Assembly: GCA_035504395.1 (NCBI GenBank)
Contig: DATJRX010000032.1
Span: 1,510-65,509 of the forward strand
Direction: 5' to 3'
Source of the DNA: Thermoplasmata archaeon
GTDB lineage: Archaea > Thermoplasmatota > Thermoplasmata > Lutacidiplasmatales > UBA184
DNA length: 64,000 bases
This document shows, piece by piece, positions 45,144-54,659 of the stretch. The notes below the pieces were generated by a model, which saw nothing but the letters and a program-made list of their open reading frames with translations, did not search any database and was not told where the DNA came from. The position numbers and the translations under genes are program-made. Position 1 is the stretch's first letter; each line of letters starts with the position of its first letter.

Positions 45144-45703
45144 ATGGGCCTGCCCACCTCGATCCGCCTGCGGGACGGGAGAACGGCCGTCGTGCGCCTC
45201 GCCGAGGCCGCCGACGCCGAGGCCCAGCTCGCGAACTGGAACGAGATCGGGCGGAGGAGGTGTATGTCATGAGCGAGCGGCCCCCCCGGTCGGTCGAGGA
45301 GGTCCGCGCGCAGTTCGGGGGCGCGGACCCCCGGGGCCAGCTCTGGCTGGTGGCCGAGGTCGGGGGGGGCGTGGTGGGCGGTGCGAACCCGGCCCGCGGG
45401 CGGTGGCGGAAGAACGCGCACACCGCGGAGTTCGGGATCGCGATCACGAGGGAGTTTCGCGGCCTCGGGATCGGCGAGGCCCTGCTCACGGCGGGCCTCG
45501 ACTGGGCGCGATCGGTCGACGTGCGGAAGGTGTGGCTCGGCGTGTTCGCGACCAACGATCGGGCGATCCGCCTCTACCGGCGGCTCGGGTTCGAGGAAGA
45601 GGGGCGTCTGCGGGACCAGGTCGTCCTCGACGGACGCCCGGTCGACGAGGTGTTCCTGGCGCGCTGGATCGGCCCCCGGCCCGGGCCCGGGGCCACCCCC
45701 TGA
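45144..45703 (+). pseudogene. GNAT-family N-acetyltransferase interrupted by a 1-nt frameshift (or assembly indel); intact 3' ORF is 45269-45703
   Basis: The N-terminal 36 codons (MGLPTSIRLRDGRTAVVRLAEAADAEAQLANWNEIG) are in frame 0 and the remainder (AEEVYVMSERPP...RGLGIGEALL...AIRLYRRLGFEEEG) is in frame 2. The frames join at the GGG run at 45249-45251. Confidence 0.65.
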
Positions 45704-45754
45704 ACCGTTAATCGCGGCGACCGCTCTCCGGCGCGAGGATCGGAGGAGACCCGG

Positions 45755-46663
45755 GTGCGCGTCGACTCCCACCTGCACCTCAGCCGCTGGTGGCCCGATC
45801 TCGCGCACACCGGCTACCGGCCCAACCTCGACTACACCGTGCGGGGCCTGCTCGCCGAGATGGACGGCGCAGGGATCGATGCCGGCCTCACGATCGAGAT
45901 CTTCGAGGCGCCGAATCCGACCGAGGCCCTGGCGGAGAGCCGCGCGACCGCGGAGGCGAGCCACGGCCGCCTCCGCCCCGTGGTGACCGTCGATCCGACG
46001 AAGGGGTCCGCCAGCATCGCCGACGCGATCGCCCTGTGGGAGCACGAACCGGGGCTCGCCGGGGTGAAGCTGTTCCCCGGCTACCAGTGGTTCTACCCCC
46101 ACGATCCGATCTTGGGCCCGCTCTACGAGTTCGCGCACCGGCGCGGGATCCCGGTGCTGATCCATCAGGGCGACACCCTCGACCGAGCGGGCCGGATCAA
46201 GTACGCCCGTCCGATCGAGGTCGACGAGGTGGCCGTCCGGTACCGGGACGTGCGGTTCGTCCTGTGCCACTTCGGCAATCCCTGGATCGACGAGGCCGCG
46301 GAGCTCGTCTACAAGAACGAGAACGTCTACGCCGACACCTCCGGGCTCCTCGCCCACCCGTCGGCCCCCTACTTCCCCCGGATGGTCGAGCAGAGCCGCC
46401 AGCGGCTCCAGCAGGCGATCTTCACGATCGGATCGGTCGACCGGATCCTCTACGGCTCCGACTGGCCGCTCGAGGAGCTCGCGCTCGCCGTGCGCCTGGT
46501 CGAGGGGCTCGATCTCCCGCTCGAGGACCGCGCGAAGGTCCTTGGGGAGAACGCCCGACGCTTGTTCGGCTTCGCCGACCGCCCCTCGGCGCGGGCCCGC
46601 CGGACCCCCGAGACTACGGCAATTTCGAAAGGCTCCGTGAAAAGGCGGCGTCGCCCTCGCTAG
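45755..46663 (+). CDS. metal-dependent hydrolase, amidohydrolase_2 (ACMSD-like TIM barrel) family
   Basis: N-terminal VRVDSHLHL (HxH), IPVLIHQGD, FVLCHFGNPW, and SDWPL near the C-terminus. Confidence 0.75.
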   Translation: MRVDSHLHLSRWWPDLAHTGYRPNLDYTVRGLLAEMDGAGIDAGLTIEIFEAPNPTEALAESRATAEASHGRLRPVVTVDPTKGSASIADAIALWEHEPGLAGVKLFPGYQWFYPHDPILGPLYEFAHRRGIPVLIHQGDTLDRAGRIKYARPIEVDEVAVRYRDVRFVLCHFGNPWIDEAAELVYKNENVYADTSGLLAHPSAPYFPRMVEQSRQRLQQAIFTIGSVDRILYGSDWPLEELALAVRLVEGLDLPLEDRAKVLGENARRLFGFADRPSARARRTPETTAISKGSVKRRRRPR

Positions 46664-46678
46664 GGAGCGGGGAGACTC

Positions 46679-47323
46679 GTGCCATCGGCCGGCGCGTCGG
46701 TCAGCGGAGCCACGGAGACAGGAGGGACCCCGCTCCACCGCTCCGATCCGGGCGCGGAGCTCCTGCGGCGCCGGATCGAGCGACCCGCGCGCCTCGGTCA
46801 GTACGTGCTCGCGACGCTCGGCGCCGTGACGGCGGCCGCAGGGGCCACGCTCTGGTTCACGGACCGATCTCCGCTCGGCCTCGCATTCACGGCCTTCGGG
46901 TTGGTGCTCGCGGCCCTCGGGGGGCTCCAGTTCCTCCTCCTGCGGCGCGACCGGGAGCACTGGCCCGACCAGGTCGTTCTCTGGGACCGCGGCGTCGAGC
47001 TGATCCTGCACAACGGCGAGGTCCGCGGGGCCGGATGGGACGACCCGGACCTCGCGCTCAACCTGATCGCCCGAGCGGCGCCCGAACCCGCGGGGCGGGA
47101 GTACCTCCTCGTATGGATGGCGGAGGGGAAGATCCCATCGGCGGAGCTCACCGCAGACGGGTTCGACCGCCTCCGTCGGGCCGCCGAACGGGAGCACCTC
47201 CTCGTGACCGAACCGCACCCACTCCGTCGCCCCGGTGGCCTCCAGTGGGTCGAGATCCGGGCGAGCACGGCGGGACGGCCCGTCGACCGAGCGAGCCGGA
47301 GCGGCGAGGCTACCGCCCCCTGA
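46679..47323 (+). CDS. membrane protein with two TM helices followed by a PH-like (bPH_2/DUF304-like) domain, tentative
   Basis: YVLATLGAVTAAAGATLWF and LGLAFTAFGLVLAALGGLQFLLL, followed by a ~100-aa soluble domain. GTG start. The assignment rests on topology only. Confidence 0.45.
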   Translation: MPSAGASVSGATETGGTPLHRSDPGAELLRRRIERPARLGQYVLATLGAVTAAAGATLWFTDRSPLGLAFTAFGLVLAALGGLQFLLLRRDREHWPDQVVLWDRGVELILHNGEVRGAGWDDPDLALNLIARAAPEPAGREYLLVWMAEGKIPSAELTADGFDRLRRAAEREHLLVTEPHPLRRPGGLQWVEIRASTAGRPVDRASRSGEATAP

Positions 47324-47382
47324 CCGGGCCGTCACCTTAAGGCGGCGGCGCGGCTCCCGCGGCCCGGGCCGGCGGTCGGGGC

Positions 47383-48726
47383 ATGGACGCGGACGAGATC
47401 CAGCGGATCGTCCGGGAGACGAACTACGTCACCTGGCGACGGCAGTCCGGCTGGAACCCCATGGTCGTGACCCGCGCCGAGGGGTCGAGCTTCTGGGACG
47501 CGGCGGGCCGCGAGTATCTCGACTTCTCTTCGCAACTGATCGCGACCAACCTCGGGCACCAGAACCCGGCGGTCGTCGCGGCGATCGCGGAGCAGGCGCG
47601 CGTCCTCAGCTACGCCGTCCCTGGGTTCGCGACCGAGCCCCGGGCCCGGTTGAGCGCCCTCCTTACGGAGGTCCTGCCGAAGGGGCTCGACCGCTTCTTC
47701 TTCAGCACCTCGGGGACCGAGGCGAACGAGGCCGCGCTGAAGATCGCGCGCGTGGCGACGGGCCGCTCGAAGGTCGTCGCGCGCTACCGTTCGTACCACG
47801 GTGCGACCGCCGCGTCGATCTCGGTCACCGGCGAGGTGCGCCGCCGGCCGACCGAGCGCGTCGAGCGGGTCCCGGGGACGGTCTTCGCGCCCGACTGCTA
47901 CTGCTACCGCTGCCCGCTCGGGCTCACCTACCCCGACTGCGGCGTAGCGTGCGCCGAGTACGTCGACTACCAGCTCGAGCGCGAGGGCGACGTCGCGGCG
48001 ATGATCGTCGAGCCGGTCGTGGGCACCAATGGGGTGATCGTGCCGGTCCCGGAGTACCTTCCCCGTCTCCGGGAGATCACGCGCAAGCACGACGTCCTGC
48101 TGATCGCGGACGAGGTGATGAGCGCCTGGGGCCGCGTCGGCGAGTGGTTCGCCGTCGACCACTGGGGGGTCCAGCCCGACCTTCTCACGACGGCGAAGGG
48201 GATCACCGGGGCGCACATCCCGCTCGGGCTCACCGCGACCACCGCGAAGCTCCACGACGCGTTCCGCGACGCGTACTTCCCGCACGGTCACACCTACGAG
48301 GCCCACCCGCTGACGCTCGCGCCCGCTGTCGCGGCGATCGGGGAATACCGACGCCTCGGGCTCCTCGAGAAGTCGCGCCGGGACGGGGCGTACCTCCTCG
48401 AGCGCCTGACGGAGATCGGGGGCCGCCACCGATCGGTAGGGGAGGTGCGCGGGCTCGGGCTGTTCGCCGCGGTCGAGCTCGTCCGGAACCGCGCGACCAA
48501 GGCCCCGTTCAACTCGGACGAGGACAAGCTCGCGGGCCGGCCGCTCGTCGCCGAGGCCGTCGCCGCGGCGATGCTGAAGGAAGGGGTCTACTGCGTGGCC
48601 TGGATCTCCCACCTCGTGATCGCACCTCCGCTCATCGTCACCCGCGCGGAGCTCGACCGCGGACTCGAGGTGCTCGATCGCGCGTTGGCCGTGGCGGACG
48701 CGCAGGCGGATCCGGTCCCGGCCTAG
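47383..48726 (+). CDS. class III PLP aminotransferase (omega-amino acid:pyruvate / beta-alanine-pyruvate aminotransferase-like)
   Basis: FWDAAGREYLDFSSQLIATNLGHQNP, YRSYHGAT, LIADEVMSAWGRVG, and the PLP-lysine context TTAKGITGAHIPLG. Confidence 0.9.
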   Translation: MDADEIQRIVRETNYVTWRRQSGWNPMVVTRAEGSSFWDAAGREYLDFSSQLIATNLGHQNPAVVAAIAEQARVLSYAVPGFATEPRARLSALLTEVLPKGLDRFFFSTSGTEANEAALKIARVATGRSKVVARYRSYHGATAASISVTGEVRRRPTERVERVPGTVFAPDCYCYRCPLGLTYPDCGVACAEYVDYQLEREGDVAAMIVEPVVGTNGVIVPVPEYLPRLREITRKHDVLLIADEVMSAWGRVGEWFAVDHWGVQPDLLTTAKGITGAHIPLGLTATTAKLHDAFRDAYFPHGHTYEAHPLTLAPAVAAIGEYRRLGLLEKSRRDGAYLLERLTEIGGRHRSVGEVRGLGLFAAVELVRNRATKAPFNSDEDKLAGRPLVAEAVAAAMLKEGVYCVAWISHLVIAPPLIVTRAELDRGLEVLDRALAVADAQADPVPA

Positions 48727-50588
48727 GCGTCGGGGGCTCGGCTCCCCGCCGCGGGACCCCGCTCCCGCACGTCGAGCGCCCGGTCGAGCTCGGTCGCGGC
48801 GGTGATCAGAGCGAGGTGGGTGAACGCCTGCGGGAAGTTCCCGAGGTGCCGCCCCTTCGCGTCGATCTCCTCGCCGTAAAGCCCGAGCGGTCCGGCGCGG
48901 GCCAGGAGCCGCTCGAAGATCCGGCGCGCCCGGCCCCGCTCGCCCCGGCGGGCATAGTAGGCGACGCGCCAGAACGCGCAGGGGAGGAAGTACCCCTCCC
49001 CGCCCGCGAGCCCGTCGGCGAGGCGGTACCGGCGGACGAACGGTTCATCGACCAGGCTCTCCTCGATCGCGTCGGCCGTCCGTACCATGACCGGATCGTC
49101 GGCCGCGAGGAAGCCCAGGATCGGCAGCCGCAGGAGCGACGCGTCCGGCCCGTTCGCGCCGTAGTACCAGGCCAGGGCGCCGCCCCGCGCGGTCCGGCCC
49201 CGGGCGAGGACGTCCTCCGCGATCGCGGCGCGCGTCCGACGCCACCGATCGAACGGCGCGGGATAGCCGAGCCGCTCGCCGAGGTCGATCCCCCGATCGA
49301 GCGCGGCCCACGACATCGCCTTCGAGTAGACGTAGTGGCGCGGGGGGCCCCGGACCTCCCAGATCCCGTGGTCGGGCTCGCTCCACACCCGCGCCGCGTA
49401 CTCGACGAGCCGGCGCAGCTGCCACCACAGGTCGAGGGAGACGACACCCCCGTGCTGCTCGAGGAGGTCGGCGACCGCGAGGACGCCCCCGTAGAGGTCG
49501 TGCTGGACCTGGTCCCGCGCGGCGTTGCCGACGCGCACGGGGCGGGACCCGCGGTAGCCGTGCAGCGAGGGGACCGTGCGCTCGGTCGGCGGGGCGCCAC
49601 CGTCGACCGCGTAGAGGACCTTGAGGTGGACCTCCTCGTGCTCGAGGATGTCGAGGAGCCAATAGACGAAGTCGGTCGCCTCCTCGGTGTACCCGAGATC
49701 GAAGAGGGCGCGGACCGCGAGCACGGTGTCGCGGACCCAGCAGAACCGGTAGTCCCAGTTGCGGCGGCCACCGATCGCTTCCGGGAGCGACGTGGTCGGC
49801 GCCGCGACCATCGCGCCGGACGGGCGGTAGAACAGGGTCTTGAGCGTGAGCGCGGAACGCTCGACCTCGGGCCGCCACCGCCCCTCGTAGCGCATCCGGC
49901 GCGCCCACGCGCGCCACAACCGCTCGGTCTCGCGGCGGCGGCGTACCGCGTGGAACGACCCGAGCGGCGTGACCTCCTCGGCCCCCGCCGAGAGGACGAA
50001 CCATCGCTCCTCGCCGGGCTGGAGCGCGAGTTCGCCGCGGGCGTGGTCGCCCGCGAGCTCGATCCGCTCGTCGGGATCGAAGGAGAGCCCGATCGAGCCC
50101 CCGGCCCCGCGGGCGAGGATCCCGTGCTCCGAGCGCCGGAGCGAGGGCGTCGCGGCCCCGTAGGCGAACCGGGGCGCGAACGTGATCGCGACCTTCGGGG
50201 CCCCCTCCCGCACGAGCAGCCGGCGGTGGACCTCCGACATCAGGACGCGGTCGGAGTCGATCTCGGGGCAGAAGTCCTCGAGGGCGATCGAGCCGCTCCG
50301 GTCGGCGAGCTCGGTGACGAGCACGGTCGTGCCGGGCACGTAGTGACGCCGGACGGAGCCGCGGCCGCTGGCGAGGTCGATTGAGAAGTACCCGCCCCGC
50401 CGGGGATCGAGGAGCGCGGCGAATACGGTCGGCGAGTCGAACCGGGGGAACGCCGCCCAGTCGATCGATCCCCGGGGGCTCACGAGCAGCGCGGTCCGAT
50501 TGTTGCCGATGAGGCCGTAGGACTCGATCGGGTGGACGCGCGCCGGCGGCGCGGCCGGCCGAGTTCGCGTTCGGGCTTGGGGGACCAT
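48723..50588 (-). CDS. glycoside hydrolase family 15 (glucoamylase / archaeal trehalase-like)
   Basis: IESYGLIGNNRTALLVSPRGSIDWAAFPRFDSPTVFAALLD is the classic GH15 N-terminus. The (alpha/alpha)6 catalytic region includes WDYRFCWVRD and LYGEEID. Confidence 0.9.
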   Translation of the reverse strand: MVPQARTRTRPAAPPARVHPIESYGLIGNNRTALLVSPRGSIDWAAFPRFDSPTVFAALLDPRRGGYFSIDLASGRGSVRRHYVPGTTVLVTELADRSGSIALEDFCPEIDSDRVLMSEVHRRLLVREGAPKVAITFAPRFAYGAATPSLRRSEHGILARGAGGSIGLSFDPDERIELAGDHARGELALQPGEERWFVLSAGAEEVTPLGSFHAVRRRRETERLWRAWARRMRYEGRWRPEVERSALTLKTLFYRPSGAMVAAPTTSLPEAIGGRRNWDYRFCWVRDTVLAVRALFDLGYTEEATDFVYWLLDILEHEEVHLKVLYAVDGGAPPTERTVPSLHGYRGSRPVRVGNAARDQVQHDLYGGVLAVADLLEQHGGVVSLDLWWQLRRLVEYAARVWSEPDHGIWEVRGPPRHYVYSKAMSWAALDRGIDLGERLGYPAPFDRWRRTRAAIAEDVLARGRTARGGALAWYYGANGPDASLLRLPILGFLAADDPVMVRTADAIEESLVDEPFVRRYRLADGLAGGEGYFLPCAFWRVAYYARRGERGRARRIFERLLARAGPLGLYGEEIDAKGRHLGNFPQAFTHLALITAATELDRALDVRERGPAAGSRAPDA

Positions 50589-50649
50589 CGGCCCCCGAGG
50601 ACCGGGAGCCTGAAACCTTGTGCCCGGACCCGGTCCGGGGCGGACCCGC

Positions 50650-52098
50650 TCAGAACCAGCGCGTCGTGACGACCTTCTTGCGGGTGTAGAACTCGATGGC
50701 GTCGCGGCCGGTGGCGTGGAGATCGCCGTAGAACGATCCCTTCCATCCGACGAACGGAAAGTACGCCGCCGGCGCGGGGACCCCGATGTTGACGCCGAGC
50801 ATCCCGGCCTCGATGCGGTGCGCGAACTCGCGCGCCGCCTTTCCGTCGCGCGTGAAGATCGCGGCGGCGTTGCCGAACCGGGCCCGGTTCGCGATCTCGA
50901 TCGCCGCGTCGAGCGACGGCGCCCGGATGACGGAGAGCACGGGGCCGAAGATCTCCTCCTGGGCGATCGCCATCTCCGGTCGCACGTGGTCGAAGAGCAC
51001 GGGCGCGACGAAGTACCCCCCGCTCCCCTCCGGCGCGACGCCGCGCGCCGCGACGGTCGCCCCGGCCCGGATCCCCTCGTCGATCCACTGAAGGACCCGG
51101 GCCCGGTGCTCCGGCCGGATCACCGGTCCCACGTCCGTCGCGCCCTCCTCCGCGCCCCCGAGCCGAAGTCGCCCGACCGCTTCGGCGAGTCGCGCGATCA
51201 GCGCGTCGCCGATCGGCTCGACGGCGACGACCACGCTGCCGGCGAGGCAGCGCTCCCCCGACTGCCCGAACGCGCTCGACACGATCGCGGGGACCGAGCG
51301 TTCGAGATCGGCGTCCGGCATCACGAGGAGGTGGTTCTTCGCCCCCGCGAGCGCCTGCACGCGCTTCCCGTGCGCCGCCGCGGTCGTGTACACGTGCCGC
51401 GCGGTCGGGGCGCTGCCGACGAAGGAGACCCCGTCGATCCCGGGGTGCGCGAGGATCGCGTTCACCGCCGCGGCGTCCCCGTGGACCAGGTTGAACGTGC
51501 CCGCCGGGAATCCGGCCTCGCCGAACAGCCGGGCCAGGATCGCCGCGGAGAGCGGCACCCGCTCGGACGGCTTGAGCACGAAGGCGTTGCCGCAGACGAG
51601 GGCGAGCGGCGCCATCCAGAGCGGGATCATGACCGGGAAATTGAACGGCGTGATCCCGGCCACCACGCCAACGGGCTGCCGGAGCAGCGTGGTGTCGACC
51701 CCGGGCGAGACGTCCTCGAGGAACGATCCCTGCAGCGTGGTCGGGGCCGACGCCGCGAACTCGACCGCCTCGATCCCACGGCGCACGGATCCGCGGGCTT
51801 CCCCCGCCGTCTTCCCGTTCTCGCGGACGACGCTTCGGACCAGGGACTCGAAGTGAGTCTCGAGGAGGCTCCTGAGCGCGAGGACCTTCCGCGCCCGCTC
51901 GGCCACCGGCACGTCCCGCCACGCGGGGAACGCCGCCCGGGCCGCCGCGACCGCGGCATCGACGTCGGCCGCGTTCGACCTCGGCACGCGGGCGAGGAGC
52001 GTCCCGGTCGACGGGTCGGGCACGTCGAGGACCCCGGACGATCGCGCCGGGACCCAGGCCCCGCCCACGAAGTTGTCCAGGGTGGGCTCGCCTGCCAT
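50650..52098 (-). CDS. mmsA: CoA-acylating methylmalonate-/malonate-semialdehyde dehydrogenase
   Basis: NFVGGAWV..., ITPFNFPVMIPLWMAPLALVCGNAFVLKPSE, and the catalytic Cys context SGERCLAGS. It ends in the MMSDH-typical YTRKKVVTTRWF. Confidence 0.85.
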   Translation of the reverse strand: MAGEPTLDNFVGGAWVPARSSGVLDVPDPSTGTLLARVPRSNAADVDAAVAAARAAFPAWRDVPVAERARKVLALRSLLETHFESLVRSVVRENGKTAGEARGSVRRGIEAVEFAASAPTTLQGSFLEDVSPGVDTTLLRQPVGVVAGITPFNFPVMIPLWMAPLALVCGNAFVLKPSERVPLSAAILARLFGEAGFPAGTFNLVHGDAAAVNAILAHPGIDGVSFVGSAPTARHVYTTAAAHGKRVQALAGAKNHLLVMPDADLERSVPAIVSSAFGQSGERCLAGSVVVAVEPIGDALIARLAEAVGRLRLGGAEEGATDVGPVIRPEHRARVLQWIDEGIRAGATVAARGVAPEGSGGYFVAPVLFDHVRPEMAIAQEEIFGPVLSVIRAPSLDAAIEIANRARFGNAAAIFTRDGKAAREFAHRIEAGMLGVNIGVPAPAAYFPFVGWKGSFYGDLHATGRDAIEFYTRKKVVTTRWF

Positions 52099-52157
52099 CG
52101 CTCGCCCGGAGCGCTCGACGTTCTTGACGGTCTCGGAAGAGCGTGCGCCGCCCCGGT

Positions 52158-52967
52158 TCAGGCCCGGCGGGCGGTATAGATCGGCGTCGACATGTCGAAG
52201 CGGACCTTCCCGCCGAACTCCTCGCGTGCGATCCGTTCGACGGCGTCGAGGAACGTGCGCCGCCGGGCGGGGGACATCTTGAGGACGTTCCCGAAGGTCG
52301 CCCAGAGTCCCCGGACCTCCGCGGGGTCGAGCTCGACCGGGAATCGCACGACCTCGTAGTCGATGCGATCGAAATCCCCCGAGCGTCCGAGCCGGCCCAG
52401 CCGGACGGCGACCTCCCTCCGCGAGTCAAGGCGGCCCCGCCGCACCCAGGTCGGATGGCTCTCCAAGGGGCGCCAGAGGCGATGGGTCGCCCGATGGAAC
52501 TCGCTGGGGTGCTCGGGGTCCCCGTGACGGTTCCACCACATCGCCCACCACCCACCGGGTCGAAGGAGCCGGGCGACCTTCGGGAGCCCCCGGCGAGCGT
52601 GGACCCAGTGGAACGAGGTCGCGGCGACCCCGAGGTCGAAGCGGCCCGCCGGGAGCGGGGCGTCCTCGAACGTGGAGCGCACGAACCGAAGCCTTCCCCC
52701 GACCGTGCCGAGGGTCCGGGCGAGGTAGCGCGCGAGGCGCGGGTCGGGCTCGACCACGTAGAGCGGGTTCGCGCCGAGCCGGAGGAGCTCGCGCGTCGCG
52801 AGGCCGGGGCCCGGCCCGATCTCGAACACGCGGGACCCGCGCGTGAGCCCGCAGCGATCCTTCAGGATCTCGAGCACCCGGGGCGGGTACGGGAGCCGGT
52901 AGCGGGCGTACCCGGACGGATCCTTGCCGAAGGTGGTCCGGCCTTCCCTCCGCAGGAGCGACGGCAT
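52158..52967 (-). CDS. class I SAM-dependent methyltransferase
   Basis: Motif I VFEIGPGPGLATRELL followed by YVVEPD. I chose the ATG at 52967 because a T-rich TATA-like tract lies ~25 nt upstream. The ORF extends to 52997. Confidence 0.75.
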   Translation of the reverse strand: MPSLLRREGRTTFGKDPSGYARYRLPYPPRVLEILKDRCGLTRGSRVFEIGPGPGLATRELLRLGANPLYVVEPDPRLARYLARTLGTVGGRLRFVRSTFEDAPLPAGRFDLGVAATSFHWVHARRGLPKVARLLRPGGWWAMWWNRHGDPEHPSEFHRATHRLWRPLESHPTWVRRGRLDSRREVAVRLGRLGRSGDFDRIDYEVVRFPVELDPAEVRGLWATFGNVLKMSPARRRTFLDAVERIAREEFGGKVRFDMSTPIYTARRA

Positions 52968-53317
52968 GACGGACCTCGCCGAGAAACGGAAGAACAAGAG
53001 CTTCCGGATGCCCCGGGCCCCGGCGACCGGGGCCGGGAGGGTTTTTGTAAGCGCAACCGGTCCGAAGGACGACGGACCGGCCGCGACCCTGGCCCGTCGA
53101 GGGAGATGGGAGTCTGGACCCCCGCTTTGCGAGCGCGTTTGCCGAGTACGAGCGCCGTACGCCCCGATCGCGGGAGCTCTCCGAGCGCGGCCGCCGGTGG
53201 AGCCCGCTGGGCGTCCACTCGAACTACCGGTACCTAGAACCGTACCCGTTCTACGTTCGCCGCGCGAGCGGCGTCACGCTGTGGGACGCCGACGGGAACG
53301 ACTACCTCGACTTCAAC

Positions 53318-54481
53318 ATGGGATTCGGCTCGCTGCAGAGCGGCCACGCCCATCCGAAGCTGGTCGAGGCGCTCACGCGCCAGCTGCACGACGGCAGCAT
53401 CTACGGCTACGAGTGGGAGCGGACCCCCGAGGTCGCGGAGCGGATCTGCCGCCGGTACGGGATGGACAAGGTACGGTTCAGTACCACGGGGCTCGAGGCG
53501 ACGCACCACGCGATCCGGTTCGCGCGCGCGTTCACGAAGAAGCGCTACGTCCTCAAGTTCGAGGGCTCCTACCACGGGTCCCACGACTCCCTCCTGGTCG
53601 GGGTCAAGCCCCGGATCCAGGTCGCCGGACCCCCCGAGCACCCCGCCTCCGCGCCCGCCTCGCCCGGGATCCTCGCCGAGCTCTCGGAACGGACGCTCGT
53701 CGCCCCGTTCAACGATCTCGAGGCGACCCGTCGGATCGCCCGGGAGCACCGCGACGACCTCGCGGCGGTGATCGCCGAGCCGATCCCGATGAACATGGGG
53801 TTCATCGTCCCCGACCCGGCGTTCTTCCCCGGCGTGCGCGAGCTGTGCGACGAGCTCGGGGCCCTCCTGATCTTCGACGAGATCAAGACCGGCGCGAAGT
53901 ACCCCCACGGCGCCTCGGAGCGCGTGGGCGCGCGACCGGACCTCCTGACGCTGGGCAAGTCGATCGCGTGCGGCGTGCCGATGTCGGCGATCGCAGCGCG
54001 GCCCGGAGTGCTCGACGAGGTCGGACCGCGGAAGGTCGCGCACGCCGGTACGTTCAACTCCAACCCCCTCGCCATGGTCGCCTGCCTCGCGTCGCTCGAC
54101 CACGTGCTCACCGACGACGCCCTCGCCCGCTCGTCCGCGCTGAACGCCCGCCTCGCGCGCGGGTACGCCGAGGTGTTCCGCGACGCGGGGGTCACCGCGC
54201 ACGTCGCCGCCGATGGGGTCTCGGGGACCGTCTATTTCGCCGACCACCCGGTCCGCAACTGGCGGGACTTCCTCACCGTCGACGGCGACCGTTCGATGCT
54301 CTACTACTACCTCTGCCTGAACCGGGGGTTGATCCCCTCGGGGACCGGACCCGACGAGCAGTGGACGATCTCGGTGCAGCACACCGAGACCGACGTCGAC
54401 CGCCACCTCGAGATCCTCGGAGCGGTCGCGGACGCGCTCGCCGGGGCGCCGCAGGCCGGCGAGATCGAAGAGTCCGTCTGA
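53318..54481 (+). CDS. class III PLP aminotransferase, HemL-like branch (second copy); coordinates give the minimal ATG-initiated ORF and the 5' end is anomalous
   Basis: STTGLEATHHAIRFARAFTKK, KFEGSYHGSHD, FDEIKTG, and the PLP-lysine context TLGKSIACGVP. Conserved family sequence (PYPFYVRRASGVTLWDADGNDYLDFN) continues in frame upstream of 53318 with no ATG/GTG/TTG (see findings). Confidence 0.8.
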   Translation: MGFGSLQSGHAHPKLVEALTRQLHDGSIYGYEWERTPEVAERICRRYGMDKVRFSTTGLEATHHAIRFARAFTKKRYVLKFEGSYHGSHDSLLVGVKPRIQVAGPPEHPASAPASPGILAELSERTLVAPFNDLEATRRIAREHRDDLAAVIAEPIPMNMGFIVPDPAFFPGVRELCDELGALLIFDEIKTGAKYPHGASERVGARPDLLTLGKSIACGVPMSAIAARPGVLDEVGPRKVAHAGTFNSNPLAMVACLASLDHVLTDDALARSSALNARLARGYAEVFRDAGVTAHVAADGVSGTVYFADHPVRNWRDFLTVDGDRSMLYYYLCLNRGLIPSGTGPDEQWTISVQHTETDVDRHLEILGAVADALAGAPQAGEIEESV

Positions 54482-54659
54482 TCCTGCGCGCGCGGGCCCG
54501 CGGGCCGGCGAGGCGCTGACGGTCGGGGGCCACCGGACGGCCATCGAACCGCGCCCCGCGCGGTGAGATGTTCGCCGAAGCGGGCGATCGATGGAAAACC
54601 GTCCAGCGGCGCGCCCGGCCCCGATTTCTCCTCCGTCGACCTCGAGCGGCGAGCGGTGC

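Noticed and set aside
50589-50649. Short hairpin CCCGGACCCGGTCCGGG in the 61-nt spacer downstream of mmsA, considered as a terminator
   Set aside because: It has a 7-bp GC stem and a 3-nt loop, with no adjacent oligo-T tract. Structures like this are expected by chance at this GC content, and archaeal termination relies on T-runs.
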